Of a DNA stretch of 64,000 nucleotides, positions 35,128-48,431 are shown in pieces. This DNA comes from Lama guanicoe (taxonomy: Eukaryota), in the NCBI GenBank assembly GCA_013239625.1, contig MU053504.1, positions 870,001 through 934,000 on the forward strand, in the 5' to 3' direction. The notes below the pieces were generated by a model. That model saw only the letters and a program-made list of their open reading frames with translations, was not told where the DNA came from and searched no databases. Every line of letters begins with the position of its first letter. Positions within the stretch are counted from its first letter, which is position 1. Both the position numbers and the translations under genes were made by a program.

Positions 35128-37385
35128 ACAGGGCCCCAGTCATCTCTAGGGTCTGTCCCCACGAGCCTTCCTGTCCCATGTGGGGCAGCCATGATGAGGA
35201 CGGCCAGCTCAGTTCCCGGAGGGCCGGGGTGGCACAGGCCCTGCGACCTAAGGGTAAGGGTTGCTCTTGTCTCCCCAACCCAGTTGGCTCTCCAGCATTT
35301 CCAGGGTGGCCGTGCTCCCACCCTGTGTTGCCACACATGGAGGCTGGTGTTGCCAGACCAGGTGGGGAACTGACCTGGGAACTGGCTTGAGCCTCTAGGG
35401 GTGCAAGAACTCTCATGCCTTTGTTCATCAACCATGGGTCTCAGTCATGGTCTTGGAGACCCCTGACTGCCTCCTTGATGCTCCTCAGCCTGATCTTCCA
35501 GAGTGAGGAGGGAGAAAAGCCACCTCCTCCTCCTCCCAGTAGCACCCAGCTGGGGCTTTGGGGAGAGCTTTCCCTTTAGATCAAACTGTCCATCCACGGA
35601 GAAGTTGGGGGAAAAAACTGGGACCCACATCCCAAGACTTGGTGAGGTGGCTGCCATCAGTTCTGGTCTCCCCATCCCGGGACTGACGGGCCACAAGCCC
35701 TGGGGAGGAGAGGACCCTCTGAGGAACTTCCCCACCACCAAGGACCGAAGGACAAAACCTTCCTCCTCCTCCCAGCCCTCGAGACTCCTGGAGGAGCCGT
35801 TGTCATCCAGACCCAGATGCTCCACTTGGCCCCACCTCTCCTTTCCAGACCTGAGCTTGCCTCCTCCAGCTAGCACTAACTCACAACATCTCGCTGTGGA
35901 CGCCTGTAAATTATTGAGAAATGTGAAATGTGCAATCTTGAAACTGAGGTGTCAGAAAATTTGATCTGTGGTGTTTTGTTCTGTTTTCTTCTTAAAACAA
36001 CAGCAGTGTTATCCTGGCTCTTTGTCATGTGTTGAAGTACGTGGTTGGGTCTTGCGCAGTCTGAGATCGAATGGTTGGTTGTCCTGGAGGAATTCTCTTA
36101 AGGAAATAGAGTTCCTCCAAGTCCCCAAGCCCTGAGGGCGGGGAAGGAGGTTCCAGGCTGGCTGCTGCATGGAGCCACTTCGCCTTCCCTCCACGTGGCT
36201 GGTACTCCTGCCTTCTGAGCCCCCAGGGTGGTAAATCTGAACCTGCTCCATGCTTCCCCAGGCTGCCTCCCCCGTGCAGCCTGGTCGAGACCTAATGCCT
36301 CAGTCTGCTCACCTGCAAAGAGGGGAGAGGAAAGACGCCAGCCCCAACTCCATCTCTCACAAGCACTTTAGGTCCATGCAGGGTCGAAAGTTGTGCCTGG
36401 CTGTTTTTCCCCGCCTTTTAGCAACCTTCCTGCATTCCAGCTCTCTGAGCTCATCACTGGAGGAAGCTTCTTCCATTTCTGTTCTCAAACCTTACTGGGA
36501 TCAAACTGGAATCAACTGAAAACAGCCAGAAAGTCAGGACTGTCCCTCTGTCTCAGGAGGCTGGGCAGAGCCTGTGACCCCATTACCCTTGGACCCCCAC
36601 CCTTCCAGTACAGTGTAGGGGCCTGGCTGGGCCCAGGGCACGCAGATGTTGCAAGCCCTGTTCATGTGTGACTGCTCAACTCAGAGCTGAGATGCTGATC
36701 TTCACTGCCCCCTGAGCCCAGCCATTTGATGCCCAGGGACTGCCTGGCTCAGGCTGTAAGAGCCAGGCGCTAAGCCATCCTGCCCATCAGCAGGTCCTCC
36801 AGGTGGAACTCCAGGAGCCCAGCACAGACCCAGCTCTCTGGAGGGGCAGTGATTTGGTGTTTTACATGATTGCATCCAAGAATCAGCTGAGCCAACAGGC
36901 CATGTGGGCAGCTTTGGCCCCACGAGCCAGAGTTTCTCTGTGGCATCTGGGAGCGCAGTGGCCTGGCCACCTGGCTCGGGCCATTTCCAGATTCCAAAAG
37001 GTTGGTTTGTAAACCTTGGTCTCCCTCTCTTCTGCCCACAGAGAACACATGTGTGAGCACACATACGCACACAGCATTTTAAAAGAATGTTTTCTTGGTG
37101 CCGTTTTCATTTTATTTTATTTTGAATTTTGGAAGGGGAAGAAGGATGGAGGCCAGGGAAGTCACGTAGTTTAGCTTCAGCCTGGCAGCCTGGAGATTTC
37201 CATACCTTGTGTATCGAACCCCAGGAAAAGGAAGAGGTCGAAACAACAGCGCGGAAGGAGTGTGGTTTCGGGAGTTTATTTTAAGACTGCGGGGAAGGAA
37301 ACAGGCCCCATTTTGTATATAGTTGCAACTTAAACTTTTTGGCTTGCAAAATATTTTTGTAATAAAGATTTCTGGGTAACAACAG
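35128..37385 (+). other. SIRPA: SIRPA 3' UTR (~2.25 kb)
   Basis: Runs from the stop codon to AATAAA at 37361-37366, followed by a GT-rich downstream element (ttgggtgttgagtgtccttgtctctgtg, ~37390-37420). Largely free of recognisable transposons. The cleavage position is approximate. Confidence 0.8.
37361..37366 (+). terminator. Polyadenylation signal AATAAA of SIRPA
   Basis: Canonical hexamer with upstream TGTA elements and U-rich sequence and a downstream GU-rich tract. Confidence 0.8.
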
Positions 37386-40300
37386 CCCCTTTGGGTGTTG
37401 AGTGTCCTTGTCTCTGTGAGTTTGTCTCCGTCCCCAAGAGCCTGGGAGAAGATCGCTTCTCCAGGGCCCCAGGGCTTGAAAGCGACCCCTGCATTTAGTC
37501 CTCTCTCTCTTGGGTTTTATAGGCACAAAGACTGCTTCCCTGGTTCAGAGGGAGTCAGTGTAAGGCAGCCTAAAACCCCCGCTGGAGCAGAATTCTGACA
37601 AAAAAAAACCGAGTTTGAATCCCAGCTCTGCCACGGAATTCAAACCACTCACCTCTCTGAGACTCAGGCTGGTCATCGACACGATGGGGACCATATGCAC
37701 TCCAGAATTAGTGTGGGGGTTAAAGGGATCCCTAGGTGCCGAACCCCATGCTTGGCACATGGCATTCATTAATCATTGGGTCTTTCCTTCCGCCCTAATC
37801 ATTGCACAGTGTGGTCAGGTCGCCTCTCACCACCTGTGGCATCTTGAACAGGTGGGTCACCCTCCTGGACCCCCACTGTCCTTCTCTACCAAATGCAGAA
37901 ACTAATGCTAGTCTTAGAATATCCCTGCAGATGATTCATGCCTCATGCTGGTATATAGTAAATGCTCAATAAATGTTAGCTTCTTTACTTCCCCTCCAGA
38001 AGAATATTAATAATCTTAATGACAATTGTATAATGATGTCAACATAACATTCAAAGTTAATGCTTACTGCGTGTCAGCACTTTATACTGATTAACTTCTT
38101 TATACCTCACAACTTCCAGGTAAATAATCGTACTGATCTCATTTAATAGACAAGGCACAGAGAGGTTGTGTAACTTATGTGGGGTCACACAGCTAAATGA
38201 GTGATATTGCTGAGACTCAAATTCCAGCGGCCAGCTTCAGTGCCCAACTTCTAACCACCAAGTTAATATCGATACATAAATTATAATAGCTAATGCCTGC
38301 TATGGTAAATAATACGCCAAGTGCTTTACAGTTATTAACTCATCTAATCCCCCAACTACCATGTGAGGTAAGAACTCCTATTACCCCTATTTTACAGAAG
38401 AGTAAACAGAGGTACAGAGAAGTTGTCATTTTCTCAATGCCCCATGGCTGAGCCCAGGGAGTCTGGTGGCTCTTCCCCCATTATACCTCATTTAATTGTA
38501 ATTAATTGTAATTTAATAGCTGCTCAGTAGTGGAGGTTGTGCCCATCTTGCAGAGAAAGAAAGTTGAGGGTCGGAAGTGCCCATGACCTAGCCAATCTCA
38601 TACAATGAATCTGAAGTCTAGTTAGGACTTGCACTTGGATCCCCAAGCCCAGCCGGGATCAGCCCCAAGCCCTAGGCCTGGTCTGTGAGATCAAAAAAGG
38701 AGACACCAAGCTGCCTGCGGGGCTTTGAGGGGCCGCCTGCCTCACAGGCCAGGACCTTGGCTGTGACAGAGAATCCAGCTCTCCTCCCTTGGCCCCAACC
38801 TGTGAAATATGTGTGCTGCTTGCAGGATGAGGTGTTCCAGACAGGAATCCAGGCCGAGTGGCCAGGGAAGAGCCTTCGTTCTCTGGGGAGGCAGTGGGTG
38901 GAGGGCTGCATGCCCAGGCAAGGAGACCTGGGGACACAGCACCTGGGCCTCGCTCCTCTGCAGCCTGGCTCTCCAGGGCTGAGGTTGGCAGGCGAAATCC
39001 AAGTTGATGGGAGCCAAGTAACTCCCTCCCTCCTGCCAGGAAATCAGTTAAGCATTTGGCATTTACCAGGCACCTCCTCTGGGTTCCCTGTTGTGCAAAA
39101 AAGAGCGATAGGAACCCCCCCAACTTCACCCCCATCCATGAGGACCCATTGCCCTGGCCTTCTGCCGCCCTGCCCACTTTACACTCTAATCAAGGAAATT
39201 TCTGCCCCTTCTCATGTTTCTAAGGCCCAACTGTAAACACCCCTGCGTCTTCTGGCATATTCCCACCAGCCAAGGTTCCACCGAGGTTTGTTTATTTTAT
39301 TTAGCGTTAACATAAGCACTGACTATGTATCAGACAGTCTCCTAAACTCTGTACAAATATTAACTTATTTAATATCAGTTCACTCCATCCTCTTGACAAA
39401 CTTATAAGGTAGGTTTTATGATTATCCCCCATTTGATAGAGAAATTGAAGCACAGAGTGATTATGCATCATGTTCAAGGGCCGCCGTCCTCCTGGGAAGT
39501 GGTGCTACTGTGGGTGTGGGTGTGGGTGGGCCCTGGACGGGCCTGACAGGGGGCTGGGGAGTGCAGGAGAGACGCCGGGCTCACAGTGTTGGGGTGCGCT
39601 GGAAATACAATGTGGTCCGACCCCCAAAGTGTCAAGGTGGTCTCGCTCTCCTGTTTGGTCACCAGCCAGGTGACGGACTCTGGGGCCTCCCTGGGGTTCA
39701 GCCTTGCCACCATTGGCTCCCCTCTGTTCTCCCCCTCTTAACCACGGCACTGTGTTTGACTAGGGTCTGAGTTTGTTTTCTGAATACAGGATTATGATAC
39801 TAAAAATGCTTTCCAAAAAGACATGTGCCCCAGATGTTCGAAAACAGATTAAAAACTTGGTGACAGAGGTCAGAGAGGGCTATCCTTGGAGAGAACAGTG
39901 ATGGAGAGGAACCTGAGGCGTCGCCTGGGGTGTTGTTCTGTGTCCCCTCCTGAGCAGTGAGCACATGGGGACTTGCAGATGTGAAAATCCATCGAGTACA
40001 CACTCAATGTCTGCATCTTTCTGTGTACGAGTTACACCTCAGAGTTTTAGGGAGACTGGTGCCCTTTCCCCCTGGGGATTCAACCCTGTTCCCAAGCTTG
40101 ATGCCTGCCCCAACTTGACACTTTCTTAAGATGGTGTTGACACCTTGTCTTTGGTCCAGGAGTCCAGCCCAGTTCCGGGCCCAGTGTCACTGAATTCCTT
40201 TGAAAGATAGCATCCAGGTGACCAAAATAGCAAATGGAACAGCAGTCAGCCATTTACCTGTCATCACTTTGTCTGCTGAGACTCCCTTAATTACTGCCCC

Positions 40301-42129
40301 CCGTCCCTGCTCACCCCGCACCCACGGCCCTCCTCTCTCCACCCAGAGATGTCAAGACAGCTGCGCAGAGTCCTCACCCTGTGACCTTGGGCAAATGGCT
40401 TCCTCTCTGAGCCTCCCTTTGGTCACCTGTACATCTAGTAGCATCTTCCCCTCAGGGGTGTCCTAGTGAAGGTTAACTGGAGACTTGATCAGACCCTTTG
40501 GAAGAGACAGCAGTCACCACACACACATATTCATACACACACTCATAGGCACATCACACATTTACATACACCTGCACGCACATTCACACCCACCCCCCAC
40601 ATTCACTCCCTCACTGTGTCAAACACACAGATACACACTCATACATTTCTATGCATAATCATACACACACACACACGCACACACACAGACACCAAAGCCA
40701 GGTTATCAGAGGAGCTCAACAATGGTGGTGCTCCTATCTTGGCCAAAATAATTGTATTAAGTCCCTCCCTCACTCATTAGCCTGCAATGGCTCCCTCTTA
40801 CCAATTTTGGGGAAACCAACACCCCAGCCCAGTTTCCAGCATCCTCTTCCCCACCTAGTCTATTTAAGGACACTTTCTGCTCCTCCCCAGCCCAGACTGG
40901 GCTCTCTGGCTAGGCTGGTCTTCTTATCCCACCAAATACCTGGTGGGGCTGCCTTTGAGTTCCCTGGCCCCACGGAGAGTCACCTTCCCTTCCCCCAGTG
41001 ACTTAGTAGTGCCCGCACCAGATCAGGAGCTCCCAACGCCTGACCTTCATTTCCTACCTTTGGGATCCAGCCCTTGGGAGAAAGGGCACTCAAGCCCACC
41101 TTGTGCCGGACGGGGTCATGGGCACTGGAATTGTATATTTCACTGGACCTTTACTTCCTTTGCAGACGGGTGCCAAGAAGTCCACTTCACAGATAAGAAA
41201 ACTGACACTCAGGGAGGTGAAGAGATCAGGTCAAGATCACTCATTCAGCCAATAATTATTCCTCAAGCTCCTGGCTGTGAACCTGGCCCTGTGCAAAATT
41301 CTGAGGCTGCAAGTTTAACACAAGATGGTCACACCCTTGTGAGCTCATGAGATGTGAGGGGCCAGAGCATCTGGTTATCCCAACATGGCAGGAGCGCCCC
41401 CAGAACAATGGGGTGTCAAGGTGTGATTTTCAAGAAATGATAAAACATGACATGTACAAATCCAGAAAAGCAAAGTCAAACTCGGGTATATTCCCATAGA
41501 ATTTAAAGAATCCTTCAGGGGGCCAGTATAAAGGATTTTTAAAAGTGCCCCAATCCAGTATGGCAACACAAGGAAAAGACAACTTTTTTGCCTTATTTCC
41601 AAGTTTTGGACACTTTCTTATTAGAAGAAAGTACACAGGCCTGGGTAGGGCAGAAAGGCTTCCTGCAGGGGAAATTCCTGAGCTGAGCTGTAAAGGATGA
41701 GAAAGAATGAGCCAGAGCTAAAGAGAGCGTAGAGGCACCAGCACCGGCAGAACAAGCCTTCCCTGTGTGGGCTGGCCCTGTGTTACTCTCCCCATCACTC
41801 CGTTCATGGGCAACACCAGCTTCCTCACAGTTCCTGGAATGAACCTCAGGGGCTTTGCACATGCTGTTCCCTCCTGCCAGGTATACTTGCCAGGTCTTTC
41901 CTGCTTGTCCTCCAATCCAAAGATGGGTCAAGTTCTTTTGTTGAACACCACCCTAACCCTGTCCCGAATTTCTCCTTTGCAGCCTTGGTCACAATTTGTA
42001 AGTATACTTTGACCTTGTGATTACTTGATTAACACCTGCTCCTCCACTGCCCTGGGAGCTGCCTCAGGGTGAGGGGGTGTTGGCATAGCTCACCCAGCTG
42101 ACTCCTGTGCTCAGCCAATAAATATTTGT

Positions 42130-42300
42130 TTGATGGATGGGAGGAGGAATGGAGGGATGGGAGGATGGAGGATGAGAGGATGGATGGATGGGAAGGAGGG
42201 AGGGAGGATGACTGGATCGGTGGATAGGTGCGTGGAGGATGGAGGCACGAATGGGAAGGAAGGAAGGAAGGGAGGAAGGGAAGGAAGGTGAGGAAAGAAT
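42130..42300. repeat. Purine-rich (GGAT/GGAG/GGAA)n simple repeat
   Basis: Seen directly. Confidence 0.85.
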
Positions 42301-43489
42301 AGCATGCATGAAGGCCAAGCAGTTGGAGACTGCACAGCATCTTAAGACGACTCAAAATACCCCAGCTGGCAGGTAGGTTTGGAGCTAGGATTTAAACCCC
42401 AGTGTGTCTGACTTTCCGCATTGAGACCCTCTGCCTTTCACCATGATCCTGGATTCAGAGAAATCACTTTCCAAAAAACTGATACAGTCTCCCCAACCGA
42501 CAAGGAGCCAGTGACCCTTGTCTGAGCCTTTGATGCTTCATCTGGGGAAACTGGGACCACACTTCGAAAACAGGATGAGATTGCAAAGCTCCTTCTCTAC
42601 CCTGAAATTGCACAACCCTGGCACAGCTGGCAAATGGCCCGACTTGGAGAGCTGGCGGGGCTCGACTGCTCGGCAGACGTGTCCTCCTGGCCCCACTTCA
42701 AGGACAACAGGCCAGACCCTTGTGGTGGAAGGGGCCGTTCCCAGGCGTCCGGGACTCCTGCCCCTGCAGGCCCACCCTGGGCAGGGTCAGCTGCTGCGGC
42801 AGCCGGTCGCGTGGATCTGAGCCACAGACCTGTCTCCAGAATGAGGCTGGGTGAGAGTTTAATGGCGAGAAGGCTGTGGCCCGACTGAGGCTATCGGCTC
42901 CGTTCTGCCCCAGCTCCTTCCGTGCCAGTAAATGGACCCTGTGCCCATGCAGATTAAGGCATTAGCGCTAATATTATGTGCACGATGCAAAGGCGTTTGG
43001 GCAGCCAGGCTGGGAGCTGCCATTACCACAGGACCTTTCACTGGAAAATTTTTCTTGGGGCAATTAAATCTTCAGCTGTCTCCTCGCAGGGAGTGCCAGC
43101 CTGCATTTTAATTATCCTTAAAAGAGAGAAGTAGGGGAAAGGACACAAGGCAAAGAATTAAAAAATAACAATCTGCTTTATAAACACGGCCATCATCTCG
43201 CGGCTGCGCATATCCAAAGGGTCCTCCTTCAACTCTGCAGAGCCCTTGACCCTTCGGGCTCCAGGCTTCCTGTGACGATGGAAGGCACCCCTCTCCGGGG
43301 ACCAGGGGGAGGTGGTGGGGAGCACGGCTTGCGTGCGAGATGCAGAGTCTCCCCTGTGGGAATCAGTGATGCGGCCACGTTGCTCTTGGTCTTGTTTCTT
43401 CTTCATCACGTTCTCTGAGGTGGAAATTATTAACCTCATTTCACAGAAGAGGAAACTGAGACTGAGAAAATCATTGGTAATAATAAGAG

Positions 43490-43870
43490 TTACAACAATA
43501 AAAAGGAACAAACTAGCGATACATGCATCAGGGTAGACAAATCTTAAAAACCATTTTGAGCAAAGGGAGTCAGATGCCAGACTGCACACTGTAAGATTCT
43601 ATTTCTATAATGGAATCTACAAAGTTTCAGAACCAGCGAAACTGAGCTATGAAGACCAAGAGCAGAGAAGTGGGGGCTGGCGGAGAAGGGGTTGACTGAA
43701 GGGGCACAGGGAACACTTGGGGAGATGAGCATGTCCTTTAATTGCGGTGATGTTTACATGGGTGCGTATATCAATCAAAAGTCATTGAACCGTATTCTTA
43801 AAATGAGTGCATTTCATGGCTTGTAAGTTACACCTTAATAAAGTTGACTTAATAGTGAGAATAAAATAAT
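43490..43870 (+). mobile_element. Old L1M (L1ME/MD-like) 3' end fragment
   Basis: gactgaaggggcacagggaacacttgggg...gcggtgatgtttacatgggtgcgtata...tcaaaagtcattgaac...gtaagttacaccttaataaagttgac. Confidence 0.7.
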
Positions 43871-46800
43871 ACAAGCTAATATTTATCTAGATTTTACTCC
43901 GTGCCTGTCCACATTGGAAGCCACACGCTGAGCTACTTCTCCTTCTTGCCAATCTGTGACATAGGTGCGGGGAGGGACCATTTCCCAGATGACGAAACTG
44001 AGGCACAGAGATGTGGCTAGTAAGAATCAGAGCCTGGGTTCAAACCTAGATAGGCTGACTCTGGAGCCTCAGAGCCTTGAAAGCGAAGTTCAAAGTTACC
44101 CAACCAATCCTACAAGCAGGATTAAATCCCAGGGCCTTTCCAACATGACGAAACTGGCCAAAGGGGAAAATCGATTCATTTGAGAAATATTTACCCAGCA
44201 TCAATTGCAGGTCGTACTGTGGACACATGGAGAGCAACTGACAGGTTCCCAGGCCCCTGGGGGTAGGGCGGAGGGGATCACCAAATAATCACAAAAATGG
44301 ATGAGAGGTTGCAGCTCAGAAGGGAGGTGCAGGGAACCCAAATATGCCATCCAAACTGGGAGTTGCCCACAACAACTCTCTCACCCATTTGTGCAGAAGC
44401 AGCGCTGCCCACAGGCACCCAAGGCCATAGCCACCTGCTCCTAACTTGATTTTCCTCCCAAGCTGTGTGTTCTGCTGAGGCAGGACAAGTTTTCAAGTCT
44501 CATCTTTCAAGAGATGTGGCAAAGGCCTTTGAAATCGCCTGCCTTGCTCTTAGCACCTTGTGCCCGGAGCTCAGCTATTTCAAGAATGACCCCTGCGAAT
44601 TCCCCTGGCTGAGCTGCCCAGGGAGGCGCATTCCAGCTTGGTGGGAGCAGCACCAGGGGCAGAGCGACAGCTGGGAGCCCTGGGGTCCCAGGGGAAGAGC
44701 TTTGCTTTGAGCCAAGCAACCAGCCCTGTGGAGACCCCACGTGGCCTTTGGCTCCAGGAAATAGAACAAGGCTTTTAGGCAGCCATGGTCAGGTCTGCTT
44801 CCCCACACGTTCACAATCCTTGCTGGTGGCTACCATGTGTTGACCGCCCAAGTTGTTCACGGCACTTTAGATCCATTATCCGATTTATTCTCAGTAGCTC
44901 TGGACCACCAAGCCGGCTTCCCAGGAGAGCACCGAGAAAGGACTGCACACAGCGCTGTAGGAATAGCATTAGCACCTGGACCCCAGCTCTGACATCCCAG
45001 AGCCCCCTGAATCTCAGCTCAGCCCGTCTCCACCCCTTGAGCTAATCACTCTCTACCATTTAGTGAATATATCTGTGGGAGTCAGACTCTCTGGATTCAC
45101 TCTCTGGCTCTACTCTTCCAGCTGTGTGGACAGGGGCAAGTTTCTCAACCTCTCTGTGCCAGTTTCCTCCTCTGTAGAAAGGGGCCTAAACTTTGCCTAC
45201 CCCAACGTGTTGCTGTGAAGATCAAAGGAGACAAGACAATAAATGTAAAAGTGGTTACAGCTGGGACCTCAGAAACTGGGAAGTATTCTTATTACATAGA
45301 CTTTTTTTTTTTTAACATAAGTGGATTTATCTCCAAGTACTTTATACCTGTGGGGCACCTTTCCAAGTGACACATAGAGATTGACTTCATTCTTTTATAC
45401 AGCTCGTAATGTTCTGATATTCGTTCATTTGTTCATTCATTCATTCATTTGCCAAGAACGTGTACGGTGGTGGCTTCAAACGCACCCAGCAAGGCCACAC
45501 CACCCATTAAGCCCTTGCTCTCAGTTCTAGTGGGAGAGATAATTTACAAGCATACAGATAACTAATCAAGATCATCTCACTTTCAGCTGAATTCTGTGAA
45601 GAAAATAAGTTGAGGCAAAGTGATGGAGAGATACTGGAGGGGGGACGGAAAACTATTCAGAACCAGCGCTGTAACTCCCTTGCATTTATACTGCCCCCTG
45701 CAGAAAGAGAAGGGGGGAGGGAAGGGAAGAAGCTGGGCTAAAATATTCCAGGCAAAGGGAACAGCAACGACAAAGGCAGCGAGGCTGGACTGAGCTCAGT
45801 GTGGTTTGGCTGGAAGTAGAAAATGAGCCTTTTTGAAATGATGGTGGAGAAGGCAGCTGGAGCCTGGTGACGTGGAGCCCGTTGGCCATGGCGGGGAGCT
45901 AGGATTTTATCCTGGAGGGAAACAGGAAGCCAGCAGAGCAGAGGAACAGCTTGCTCTAATATGCATTTTTACAAACCACTCTGACAGCTGGGTAGGAATG
46001 AATCAGACGAAGGGCACTAATGGAGGAAGGAGGATGGTCACAAATTCCCCGCTGATGGAGGCTGGGGCTGTTTCTATTTTTTCTCTACTTGCAAACAATT
46101 TTGCAATAAACATCATTGCACAGAAATTCCTAGGAGTAGGATGGTAGGATTTAACACATGGACATTTGCTATCCTATCCAGATTGCCACAGCGCCCCCTC
46201 GTCTCTCCCTGCAGACATACGTGCAGGAGCTCCCATGTCCACTCAGAACTTTCTCCACCTGCTTTGCTCCTGGGAACACTTTCTCCAACTTCTCCAGCCC
46301 TGGCCCCAAACCACAAAGTCTCAGATGCATTTGTATTTCTTGTTGCAATCTGGAATTACAAGTTGCTATGAAGAGAGTCTCAGAATCAGGCTAAGTGGCT
46401 AAAAAGACTGCCCAGGGGGCGCCTTTTCCAGTGGGAGTCAGAGAGAGATCTTCAACACCCCCAAAAGGCCAATTTACCCCTATTCTTCCAACCACAGAGA
46501 ATTTGCTTTTTTTTCTCCCCCGCTCAGCTGTGAAAATAAGGCACGGTGTGGAGATGGCATTGAAAACAGGCCCTGAGGTTACAAATGCTGAAGGGCCAGC
46601 TGGAAAAGCTTTCCCCCGACCACTGTCTGGTACCAGGAACGACAAGGCTGCTACCCTGGGAGCCCTCTGCCTCCCATCCCATCCTGGGCCCCACCCAGGC
46701 CTCCCCGGCTCACACCTTGTCCGTGTCCCCTGGTGGCGGCCACCACCTGCCGGCCGGACTCCTGGCTTCCATTCCACGCCTGCTCCATTGCCAAACTTTC

Positions 46801-47303
46801 CTTTTCATAAATGGCCTTGTTTAAGAAGGCGATTTCTTTTCATCAGCAGGCACAGCATCTGCAGCAGGGTTGAGGCATAATTTAACTCTTTTCTCATCAC
46901 TTAGGGCTTATTTGTGCTGTTTGCTTGGGGGACGGGGAAGGGCTGCTAAGATCTCAGAGATTCACAGCTAGTGCGCACGCGGTGTCTGACTTAACCTTGG
47001 CATTTAGAGATGCTTTTGAAGATGGTTTATGCTATCTTTCCAAGACTGACCTAGTGAGTTATTTAACTGAGGATTTTGCAACAGAATGTTTTCCATTATT
47101 TTATCTTCCAAGGCAAGTGATATTTTTCTTTTGTAACAAAATAGATGGATAGCACACTCTTTGACACGAGCAGTCATTATTATTCATCAACTGATTATGA
47201 GGTGTCAGCTGTCAGACTGGACTCATCATCTCACTCTATCTGCTCAGGAGCTCTGTAAGTGACCCATTTTACAGGTGAGGAAACTGAAGCATCAAGAAGT
47301 TAA

Positions 47304-47513
47304 GCAAATATTAACCACAATATATAAAAAATTGATAGAAAAACAAATTTCTTCCATATAGCACCGCAAACTATATTAAATATCTTGTAATAACCTTTAA
47401 TGAAAAAAGAATATGAAAACAAATATACGTATATATATGCATGACTGGGACATTATGCTGTACACCAAAACTGACACACTGTAACTGCCCATATTTCAAT
47501 TAAGAAAAAACCA
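47304..47513 (+). mobile_element. Short L1 3'-end insertion (artiodactyl/camelid type) with TSD, inside a MIR
   Basis: atatatgcatgactgggacattatgctgtacacc...actgtaactg followed by an A tail. TSD aagaagttaa at 47294-47303 and 47514-47523. Confidence 0.8.
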
Positions 47514-47609
47514 AAGAAGTTAACTTACCCAATCTTACAGAGCTAGTGGTCAAGGGCAGACCTGGGATGCAAAGCCAGTACTCCTTTCCTTTGTAATCAT
47601 AGTTTTTGC

Positions 47610-48203
47610 TGCCCACAGTTCCTTGAACTGTGTCAGCCTAGCAAAGCTGGACCTGGATGTCCCAGAATTCCTTTCTAATACGGTTCTGGGTTGACACTCC
47701 TCGTATGCAACCTCAAGGTTTCAAAGGCACAGGTGAAGAAGCTACAGTCATGTGATGCTCTGAAGCCGGCGCATGGCACCAGGCAGAGTGGCCGCCCCAC
47801 ATGCTGTTGCTGATCTGCTGCTCATCTCGCAGGGTCGGGGTCAGCGCTCAGACCTGCAGACCCCACAGCTCCCACCAAACCGCCTTGAGCTGGGCGAGGT
47901 GCACGTGCAGCCCCATGGGGAAGGACCCTAGGTTCTCCTGCTGGTCGCTGTGGCATGGAGATTGGGAATGGGAAAGACACGGGTTCCAGTCTGTCCCCTC
48001 TCTCTTTTCCACAGCAGCTCTCCTTTTCAATGGCTGATCTGGCTGAGCCTTAGAAACTTCTGGTTCATGCTAGATGCACAGAGACAGCCCGCACAGAAAC
48101 CCTGTCAGCTCCCACACTGCATGAGGTCATGGAAGGATGGAGCCTCTCTTCTGCATCACTTCCTTGTAAGGGCTCTTGTCCTCTGAGGAGACCCTGACTG
48201 ATG
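47610..48203 (+). mobile_element. Old ERVL-class solo LTR (LTR41-like)
   Basis: aactgtgtcagcctagcaaagctgg...cccagaattcc...ggttctgggtt at the start and accctgactgat at the end resemble the recalled LTR41/LTR33 consensus. Confidence 0.5.
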
Positions 48204-48249
48204 CCCAGTGGTTGAATTTTATTTGGAAAGTGGCTTGTCCCCTCTCTCT

Positions 48250-48431
48250 AAATTTGACAAATTTAGCCAATAAAAATACAGAATGCCTAATTAAATTTGA
48301 ATTTCACACACACAAAATGAATACTTTTAAAGTATATTTCATGCAATATTGGGGACATACTTCTGCTAAAAACATTTGAAATTCAAATTTAATTGGATGA
48401 GAGCATCCTGTGTTTTATCTGGCCACCCTAG
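48250..48431. mobile_element. MER53-like palindromic hAT MITE
   Basis: aataaaaatacagaatgcctaattaaatttgaatttca ... tgaaattcaaatttaattgg..catcctgtgttttatctggccaccctag: long inverted arms matching recalled MER53. Confidence 0.8.
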
